From positions 166,472,001 through 166,536,000 of the forward strand of contig NC_058368.1 of NCBI RefSeq assembly GCF_018350175.1: a stretch of 64,000 nt of DNA, written 5' to 3'. Below, piece after piece: positions 55,026 to 64,000 of this stretch. Position numbers and translations under genes: made by a program. Position 1 is the first letter of the stretch; the number at the start of each line of letters is the position of its first letter. The notes under the pieces are model-generated. The model did no database searches and was not told the DNA's origin. It worked only from the letters and a program-made list of their open reading frames with translations. This DNA comes from Felis catus (lineage: Eukaryota).

Positions 55026-55268
55026 GAAATTAACAGGAACCCATGGGGGAGGGGAAGGAAAAAAAAAAAAAACAGGTTAGAGTGGTAGAGAGCCAAAGCA
55101 TAAGAGACTCTTAAAAAACTGAGAACAAAATGAGGGTTGATGGGGGGTGGGAGGGAGGAGAGGGTGGGTGATGGGTATTGAGGAGGGCACCTTTTGGGAT
55201 GAGCACTGGGTGTTGTATGGAAACTAATTTGTCAATAAATTTCATATAAAAAAATAAGGTTGCTTATG

Positions 55269-55660
55269 TTTGTGAGTAATTGTTTTATATATTTGGGGGC
55301 TCCCATAATCGGTGCATAGACATTTATAATTGTTAGCTCTTCCTGATGGATAGACCCTGTGATTATTATATAATGCCCTTCTTCATCTCTTGTTACAGCC
55401 TCTAATTTAAAGTCTCATTTTTCTGATATAAGTATGGCTACTCCAGCTTTCTTTTGACTTCCAGTAGCATGATAGATAGTTCTCCATCCCCTCACTTTTA
55501 ATCTGAAGGTGTCCTCAGGTCTAAAATGAGTCTCTTGTAGACAGCAAATAGATGGGTCTGGTTTTTCTTTTATCCATTCTGATACCCTATGTCTTTTGGT
55601 TGGAGCATTCTGTCCATTTACATTCAGTTTTAGTATAGAAAGATACGGGTTTAGAGTCAT
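55269..55660 (-). pseudogene. N-terminal endonuclease part of the outer L1 ORF2
   Basis: MTLNPYLSILKLNVNGQNAPTKRHRV...ICCLQETH...KKAGVAILIS; continues across the inner-L1 TSD into ISNLIDKN at 49328. Confidence 0.9.
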
Positions 55661-55705
55661 TGTATGTAGGTTTCATGCTTGTAGCGATGTCTCTGGTACT
55701 TTGTC

Positions 55706-56599
55706 TCACAGGGTCCCCCGTAGGATCTCTTGTAAGGCTGGTTTAGTGGTGACGAATTCCTTCAGTTTTTGTTTGTTTGGGAAGACCTTTATCTCTCCTT
55801 CTATTCTGAATGACAGACTTGCTGGATAAAGGATTCTCGGCTGCATATTTTTTCTGTTCATCACATTGAAGATTTCCTGCCATTCCTTTCTGGCCTGCCA
55901 ACTTTCAGTAGATAAATCCATCACTAGTCTTATCAGTCTCCCTTTATATGTTAGAGCATGTTTATCCCTAGCTACTTGCAGAATATTCTCTTCATCCTTG
56001 TATTTTGCCAGTTTCACTATGATATGTCGTGCAGAATATCGATTCAAGTTACGTCTGAAGGGAGTTCTCTGTGCCTCTTAGATTTCAATGTCCTTTTCCT
56101 TCCCCAGATCAGGGAAGTTCTCAGCTATGATTTCTTCAAGTACACCTTCAGCACCTTTCCATCTCTCCTCCTCCTCTGGAATACCAATTATACGTAGATT
56201 ATTTCTCTTTAGTGCCTCACTTAGTTCTCTAATTTTCCCCTCATACTCCTGGATTTTTTTATCTCTCTTTTTCTCAGCTTTCTCTTTTTCCATAATTTTC
56301 TCTTCCAGTTCACCTATTCTCTCCTCTGTCTCTTCAATCCGAGCTGTGGTTGTCTCCATTTTATTTTGCAGCTCATTTATAGCATTTTTACCTCCTCCTA
56401 TCTGTTCTATAGTCCCTTAGTCCCAGAGAGCAATAGATTCTCTGCTGTCCTCTATACTGTTTTCAAGCCCAGTGATTAATTTTATGACTATAATTCTAAA
56501 TTCACTTTCTGTTATATTGTTTAAATCCTTTTTGATCAGTTCGTTAGCTGTCATTATTTCCTGAAGATTCTTTTGCGGGGAATTCTTCCATTTCATCAT
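55706..56599 (-). pseudogene. ORF1 of the outer L1, disrupted
   Basis: Fragments 56417-56725, 56078-56359 and 55706-56047 are collinear with the inner ORF1. Stop at 56078-56080 and a frame-breaking rearrangement near 56390-56430. Confidence 0.9.
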
Positions 56600-57516
56600 T
56601 TTGGATAGTCCCTGGGGTGGTGCGGAACTGCAGGGCACTTCCCCTGTGCTGATTGAATAACTTGCATTGGTGGGCGGGGTCGCAGTCAGACCTGATGTCT
56701 GCCCACAGCCCACCACTGGGGCCACAGTCAGACTGGTGTGTACCTTCTCTTCCCCTCTCCTATGAGCGGTATTCCCTGTGGGGTGGCATGGCCCATCTGG
56801 GCTACTTGCACACTGCCTGGCTTGTAGTGCTGGGGTCTGGCGTATTAGCTAGACTGGATCCGCAAGGTGCACAGGGGTGGGAGGAGCAGGCTCAGCTCAT
56901 TTATCCTTTGGTGATCCACTTTGGAAGGGGCCTGCGGCACCAGGAGGGAGTCAGACCAGTGGCCGGAGGGGTGGATCTGCAGAAGCATAGCATTGGGTGT
57001 TTGCAAGATGCAAGCAAGTTCCCTTACAGGAACTGGTTCCCTTTGGGATTTTGGCTGGGGGATGGGCGAGGGAGATGATGCTGGCAAGTACCTTTGTTGC
57101 CCGCCAAGCTGAGCTCTGTCATCTGGGGCTCAGCAACTCTCCCTCCCGTTGTCCTCCAGATCTCCTGCTCTCTGAGCAGAGCTGTTATCTTATAACCTTC
57201 CAGATGTTAAGTCCCACTTGTTGTCAGAACACACTCTGTCCGGCCCCTCCGCTTTTGCAAGCCAGATTTGAGGGTACTGCTTTGCTGGTGGGCCGCCCCT
57301 CCGCCCCGGCTCCCTCCCCCCAGTCCGTGGAGCGCGCACCGCCTCTCCACCCTTCCTACCCTCTTCTGTGGGCCTCTCATCTGCACTTGGTTCCGGAGAA
57401 TCCATTCTGCTAGTCTTCTGGTGGTTTTCTGAGTTATTTAGGCAGGTATGGGTGGAATCTAAATGATCAGAAGGACGCGGTGAGCCCAGCATGCTCCTAC
57501 ACCGCCATCTTCCTCC
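56600..57516 (-). promoter_or_regulatory. 5'UTR promoter of the outer L1 with YY1-like AAGATGGCGG
   Basis: Homologous to 49329-50257 in reverse complement; CCGCCATCTT at 57502-57511. Confidence 0.7.
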
Positions 57517-57719
57517 GACAACCTTCCATTTGAAGATAAACTGACTTTATTTCTTTTCAAGGCTGAGGATCCAACTGTCTGCCCTTTCATAGGAATTTGA
57601 CCTTAATATTTGTAACTTTGTTGCTTTATTCTGTGCTTCTAAGCACTTACATCATCCTTTTTTCTAAATCTCTGAAGGAAATATCTTTTAAATCACCATG
57701 AGTTTTCCTAAGTGGAGAG

Positions 57720-58310
57720 TATTAAAAAAGTGGGGAAGTATAACTACACTGGAGAAACATGGCAAACACTACGTCAGATGGGTGATAAAGGCTAATATGA
57801 TTCAGTGAAAAATTATTTTGATTTTACTATCATTGATATATGTGATAAGAATGACCTTCAACTTTGTAGTCTTCTTCCTAAAGCCTTGTAACCCCCCTGT
57901 AAACATAGAAGAACAAAAGAAAACAAAACGAAAAATGAAAAACATCAGAAAAACTCAGAGTTGTTTTACAAAAAATCTGACCAATACTTCTCAAATACAT
58001 CAACAGCATCATAAACAAGGATGTTTGAGAAACTCACAGAACAGAGGAAGCTAAACAATCATAATGATTAAATGTAAGGTAGTATCATGGGTGGAATCCT
58101 GGAACAGAACTAGGGCATTAGAGAGAAACTAGGGAAATCCAAGTAAAGCGTTGGGTTTAGTTAATGGCATTATTACCAATGTTGGTTTCTTAGTTTTCAC
58201 AAATGTGTGATAGCAATGTAAAATGTGAACTAGGTGAAAGGTATTCAAGAGGTTTTTATACTCTCTTTGGAAATTTTCTGTCTACCTAATCCTATTCTAA
58301 AAATGTTTTA
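57720..58310 (+). mobile_element. Ancient L1MC-type 3' end
   Basis: ggagaaacatggcaaacact; tggaatcctggaacagaa...ggcattag; ccaatgttggtttcttagtttt. Confidence 0.65.
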
Positions 58311-59454
58311 AGTTTATTTAAATTTTTTTCTTAAAACAGGAAATCAATAACAATGTAATAAACAGGCAAAATAGCCTCACATGTGTACTTGACAAATAGT
58401 ATATTGATTATTAACAGGACTTCCACGTGCATTTTATACTATGAAGTATTTTGTACTGTGGATTTGCACGTTCTGAGTTAAGCTGTAATCAAATGGTAAG
58501 GGGAACACTTCGTCAAAATTACTCTTGACAGTCTATTAAACAACCACAAAATATGGAACATACTGTCTTATGTATACTACATTCATTGTAGAAAGTCATA
58601 TCAATTCTTACAAATCCTTCATAGTCAATGTTCCTCCATGGTCCCTTTCCTAATAAATATAATCCTCCAATTTAATCTTCCTAACCACTTGAACAAACAG
58701 TGTTATTCATCTATTTCTCACTGATGTGGGAACTCTTTGGAGAATCTCCACTTTCCTTTCAAAGACACTAAAATGTGGGTTGATAACTTAAGATCTTACT
58801 GTGTTTATTCTCAGAGGCACACAATCTTTGAGAAAAATGCTGAATCATCATCTCTGATTTTTCTTTATTTCCTGATGGTTCAAATGAGTTCTAGCAGGTA
58901 CACGTGTGACTCCACTGTTCCTCAGAATGTTGAATGCCTTTATTAGTATTTAGACATTTCATGACCAAAAGGACAAATACTTTATTTAGGTAGGAAAGAG
59001 CTAGGTATTGGTATTTTTAATTGGAATAAAGTCAGTGAACTATATAAAAGAAAAATTCATCTAAATATGAAAACTAGAAAATCATAGATGATCATCAAAT
59101 TGATGTTTGGTCAGTTTAAACATTAACTTTGAAGCAATTACATCTAATCCTAGTGTTGCTATTGTGCCATTAAAGGAGGTACCATTATTTTGGTATGTGA
59201 TGTTGATTATTATTTATCTTGGCACTGAATTAAAAATCCTAAATGAAAATTCCAAAAATTCTTGATAAAACTATTAAAAATTAAAAATTTTATCAAGTAA
59301 TAAAGAAAAATTAACCAAAAAGTTTAATTGCTTATTCAATATTGATAAAGAAAAAAGAATAATCAGAAGTTTCATCTATTAGTAAAAATTTTACCTAAGT
59401 TATATGAAGTAAAGATGTAGCAACTAAAATGGGCAAATTTGTTGTTGTTCATTG

Positions 59455-59860
59455 AATGTTACTGACTATTGACCCTTCAGGCATATAGTACACTTACTTG
59501 ACACTCAATATCACATGGGTCCAATTGAGAAGTTCTCTCCAGTGGTGTGTGTAAATGATTTGTAACACTTCTTGGTCAAATGTTTAACTGATTGTACAAA
59601 TCTCCAGACCTTTATTTTTCTTCCAGCAGTGTGACAAACAATAGTCAAAATTGTGTTTGCCCCATCAGTCTGGTTCTACTTGTCACTCTGAAGTTCTACT
59701 GAATGGAGTTACTCTCTTGACTAGGTTGTCTTTTTGCATGAGAAAACAACCAGAAAATAAAAAAATAAAAAAACAGAAAACAACTGTGTAATTGTAAGTC
59801 ACTGAGATTTCAGAGTCCCTGGTTACCAATATCATAACTTTTGCTTAAACAGTGACAATA
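59455..59860 (+). mobile_element. MLT1-type MaLR solo LTR relic
   Basis: taacacttcttggtcaaatgtttaa; gcatgagaaa...tgtaagtcactgagatttcagagt...gttacc. Confidence 0.5.
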
Positions 59861-61343
59861 CCATTTTTTAATTGAGGAAACACCATATAATTCTAGCCCT
59901 AAATAGTTTACTGTTTTAATTAACTACATTCACTGAACAAACTAATTAAATAATTGCCAGACTTTTCACTTCACAATGGATTTCAGGCACATAAGAAATT
60001 AAAAAAAAAAAACAAAACATTGTTTTAAGCATGAAAAGTAGACATTTAGTTGTAAGACATTAGAGATAATATTCCAATTATAGTATTATCACACCCTACA
60101 CTAAAGACCAGCATTGAGCTAACACCAATATTTGTACAAGTGAAATTAAGAGCATTCAAAAAAATTTGAAGAGCTAGGACTCATGTATATGCCTCGAGTA
60201 GGAAACTCAGTGTTTGCTTTGAAGGAATATTCAATGAATGTTTCTCCTCTACCAAAATCCTTCCTGTCTTGTCTTTAATCATCCATACTACACAGATAGA
60301 ACATTTTTCTAAACTCCTACAATACTCACAGGGTATGTTAAAAAGTTAATGTATATTTTCTTTTATTTTAATCATTACTTTATCTGTAATTATCTGCAAT
60401 AATCTCATTTTCTCAGCACATTGGATAGCAAGACCAGAACCTTACGACTTTTTTCATAGCTTACTTTTCCAACTACTTCAAACAATCCTAGGTATTTTTT
60501 TTAAGCTGGAAGATTCAAATTTAACTTAAAATACATATTTTCCATGAAAACTTCTTAAACTAATTTCAGTGTACTTAGATAAGGTTCTTATTTCTACACA
60601 CATCTTCAATATTTCTATTCCATAAGTAGAGTATCAATTCAAATTTATTAACAAACTCTGACATCAACAAGTTTACTCACTTAAGTGTTCTATTTTCTTT
60701 TTTTCTCTTGTATTCCACCATATTTCCTAAATTTTACCTCCATGTTCTAAATTCTAAAGAAGTCTTAACTACTAAATATAGGGATGTATATGGGTCTAAT
60801 AAGGAGCATAGATAAGCCAGAAAACCCTATAGGTTGATTAAATTTGGAAAACAAGTTTAACTTGATCAAATATTCTTTATCAAGTATGCTTTTTAAAGAT
60901 AAAAATTTTCAATCTGGGAATTAAATAAAATAGGTTATTAAAATCTCTCAAACATATGTGAAAAAATTTCAACCCATTCACAGAGAAATGAAAATTAAAA
61001 TCACAATTAGATTCAATTAAAAACCCACCAGATTAACAAACATTTAAACAGATCTGAAAATGCTGAATATGGATTAAAATAAGAGTACTATGAGTGCAAA
61101 CTACTATACTACTTGGGAACATTATCTGAGAGATTTTAAATTATATAGATTCTACAGAAGAGCAATTCAATTTCTGTACACATATATTCTAGAAAAGCAT
61201 TTGTTCATGTGTACCAGAAGATACGTACAAAAATGGTTTTAGTAAGATTTTGTAAACTAGTCTGAACCTATATGAACCACTCATAGAATGGGCAAATTTT
61301 TATTATATTCAAGCAATGTAAAATTACATAGTATAAAAATAAA

Positions 61344-61875
61344 GAGGAGAAAAATTCCTCTATTCTTTTAGATTCTGTGCCTGGGTCTAAGATTTTAACT
61401 TACATAAAATAGACTAACATAAAAAAAGCATGCTAATTTTCTTTAATATTTTTATGTGTACAAAGGAATTTTCCTGAACTACCTGTTAGGACCAAGAGCT
61501 TATGTACGTTATTAACAAAGTAATGATAAATTTGTGGAGAAATGACAAGACAAATTTAAGCTAGGGGCAGTAAATTGTGGGAAAGTGGCTGCATATATAT
61601 TGGTGAAATTAATGCAAGATAAGGGTTATTTTATAGATTTTTTTTGAATAGGTAAAATTTGGCATCATCTGTCAGAATCCAGTAATAAGAATTTTCTTTT
61701 CCCGGCCCAGAGAGGGCACCTTTCTCATGGTGAATTTTATGACATGCTTTTAGGTAGAAAGGGAGGAGTTCTGAGAGCTCTTCCTGTGTCTGCTAGACCT
61801 TCAGTGCCTTCCGCTCAAAAAATTCAATATGCTAAGATACATATTTTGTGCATTACATGTTTTGAATCCCCTTAA
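61344..61875 (-). mobile_element. ERV1-type (MER4-group-like) solo LTR
   Basis: cttcagtgccttccgctcaaaa...aatatgctaag...catattttg...gaatcccctt resembles the reverse complement of MER4-group LTR starts. Family uncertain. Confidence 0.55.
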
Positions 61876-61878
61876 AAG

Positions 61879-62540
61879 TGATGGTTAATTTTATGTGTCA
61901 AGTTGATGGCTGAGAGATGCCCACATTATTGATAAAACATTTCTGGGTGTGTGTCTGAAGATTTTTCTGGAATACATTAATATTTGAATTAGTAGACTGG
62001 ATAAAGAAGATCACCAATGCTGGTGGCACCGTCTGATCATGTGAGGGCCTGAATAAAACAAAGAGCAGAGGATGGGTAAACTTTCTGGTTGCATAAGCTG
62101 AGACATCTATCTTGTGGCCTCAGAAGCCAGCACTCCTAATTCTAGGGCCTTTAGATTCAAACAGTGACTTAACACCATTGGCTGCCCTGATCTCAGGCCT
62201 TTGGACTAGAACTGAATTACACCACCTGCCTTTCTGGTTTTCCAGCATCCAAGGCTTCCTATTGTGGGACCTCTCAGTCTTCCTAATAGTGTGTGCCAAT
62301 TCCTATAATAAATCCCTCTCTCATATCTCTTTCATTTCATATTGTTGCGTATTGTTGTGTATTAAAGTTTTCCAGAAAAACAAAAACAGTTTATGTATGT
62401 TGTGTGTAGATATATGTAGATACTACATAAATTAGTTTTTGAATTCTTCTGCAATGCCAGAATGCATTTTTAAAAATATATATATAGAAAGAGAGAAAAG
62501 AGAGATTCTATTTTTGTTTCTCTGAAGAATCCTGATATAG
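61879..62540 (+). mobile_element. MLT2-type ERVL solo LTR
   Basis: gtgatggttaattttatgtgtcaa start; tttctgggtgtgt; gagggcctgaataaaacaaag; end tgtttctctgaagaatcctga. Confidence 0.8.
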
Positions 62541-64000
62541 GCACTACAGAATAATATAAAATAAGCTGGCAATACTTTGCGTAGGAAACAAAGAACACAA
62601 TTTTACATAGTAAAATCTACATAGTGTAGATTAATTTATATAAAGTTCAAGACAAGGCAAACTAAAATAGTGTTGTTAATTGATAAATACATAGTAAAAT
62701 ACAAAATCAAGAGAATTATTACAAAGATCAGGAGAGTGATCATTTTTGCAGGAAGAAATATTTTGGAAGAGAGGCATACAAAAGTTTCAAGTACTAGAAA
62801 TACTCTCTTTTTTGAACAAGGGAATGGTTATATGGATATCCATTAATACTTACATACATGAGACATATATATATTCTTGTGTTCATATAGTATTTATCAC
62901 AATAGTAAAAATCAACCAGCTTGAATTGTATATGATGTAGGCTAGAATAACAACAAAAATGGTAGAGGGGAGTAAGAAAATAATTATTAATATACAGAAA
63001 TGTATTGGTTCATTTTCCTGGGATCTTGATAAAACATCTATTAGCTAAATATTTCTTGGCATAGTTCAAATTTATAAAGGGCTTAACAAATGAAATTGAC
63101 TTCTATAATAAAGAGACAAGATACCTGAAGAGCCACAGCACAGACAGCTTAATTGGGTTTCATTAAGATTTTGATTATATTGGCATATATAGTTATGCAA
63201 TGTGGCATATGATACTCAGACTATCAGGCTAGTAAATGACTTCAGAATTAACTGTGGCTTTTGGAAATTAGGTGATTAGTGATTTAAGAGCAAATGGAAA
63301 TAAAAGAAAATGGAAAAGAAATAAAGGAGCACTTGGGGAAATTTTGTGTAGTCATTTTAAGATATTAATCTTTGCCATATTATTTTTCTCTCACTTAGAT
63401 TATGCTCCCCATTTAAAAAAATGAATATAGATATTGTAGACTTCAAATATTCATTTATGTACTATATATAATAGGTTTTTTATTATTTTTATAGACCTGA
63501 AAGTACAAGCAATCTTCTTAGTTTTATAGATGTTGTTCCATAGGTAGTCAGTGCCTACCTCCCAAAGGCTTCTTTAAGGATCCATGAGGAGTTTATTCCT
63601 AAATTAAAATGTAATCTTAGAGTAAAATTCAAAATGACATTTTAAGCCCATTTTCCTTTTTTCACCTACTTTAGCCAGTAGAAGATGTAAATTTTCTATT
63701 GCATAACCATTTCTAAAGGAAGAAGACATTATGTTTACATGCATTTTGCATAGCATAAACTAAAAAAAAAAGTATACCTTGTGTTTAACACATATAATGC
63801 ATTTTCTATATATTGCTCTCCATTTCTTATGTGTGCTCTCACCAAATAATACATGTATGAGCTGTGGTGATTTTTCCCCCATCAATACTGGTCCTATTGA
63901 TCCAGAAAAATATTCTCTCACACACACAAATACTGGTATATAAGATGGAGAGATAGTATTCAGTAATATGGCAGAATAAACAATACAAATAACCTCTCTA

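Larger units (their letters stand above)
49329..55252 (+). mobile_element. Full-length young felid LINE-1 (inner, nested copy, ~5.9 kb)
   Basis: Starts GG-AGAAGCGGCAAGATGGC, followed by a CpG-rich 5'UTR, ORF1, ORF2 (EN, RT with FADD, C-terminal Cys motif), a G-rich 3'UTR, AATAAA at 55234-55239 and a short A tail. Flanked by the perfect 16-bp direct repeat AATAAGGTTGCTTATG at 49313-49328 and 55253-55268. Confidence 0.97.
45641..57516 (-). mobile_element. Full-length older felid LINE-1 (outer host copy, split by the inner L1; ~5.9 kb net)
   Basis: The 5' end reads GGAGGAAGATGGCGG on the minus strand from 57516. 5'UTR, ORF1 and the ORF2 N-terminus lie at 55269-57516; the rest of ORF2, the 3'UTR and poly(A) lie at 45641-49328. 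Perfect 16-bp TSD GACAACCTTCCATTTG at 45625-45640 and 57517-57532, followed by AA (TTTG/AA, an L1 endonuclease-like site). Confidence 0.96.

Noticed and set aside
50455..56420. Long antisense ORFs over L1 ORF1/ORF2 (e.g. 50455-50907, 53096-53521, 56088-56420)
   Set aside because: These are shadow frames opposite L1 coding sequence with no independent support.
45641..57516. Twin-priming inversion or a post-insertion inversion as the cause of the opposite orientations
   Set aside because: There are two complete sets of L1 parts, each with its own direct TSD, which fits simple nested insertion.

Overview
AT-rich, repeat-dominated mammalian non-coding DNA, almost certainly from a cat or other felid: the SINEs are felid-type tRNA-derived CanSINEs and the young LINE-1s are felid-type. 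I found no host protein-coding exon, RNA gene or prokaryote-type system. The main structure is a ~12 kb nested pair of full-length LINE-1s. An older minus-strand L1 (45641-57516, 16-bp TSD GACAACCTTCCATTTG) has its ORF2 endonuclease domain split by a younger, nearly intact plus-strand L1 (49329-55252, 16-bp TSD AATAAGGTTGCTTATG). The outer L1 appears to carry a ~15-nt 3' transduction. Both L1 5'UTRs keep a same-length 71-codon upstream ORF. The rest is 15 CanSINEs (most with readable TSDs), three 5'-truncated carnivore L1s, ancient L1M/L2/MIR/MaLR/MLT2/ERV1-type LTR/hAT relics, and microsatellites. Subfamily names and boundaries of the old repeats are from recall and by eye, so they need RepeatMasker/Dfam confirmation.
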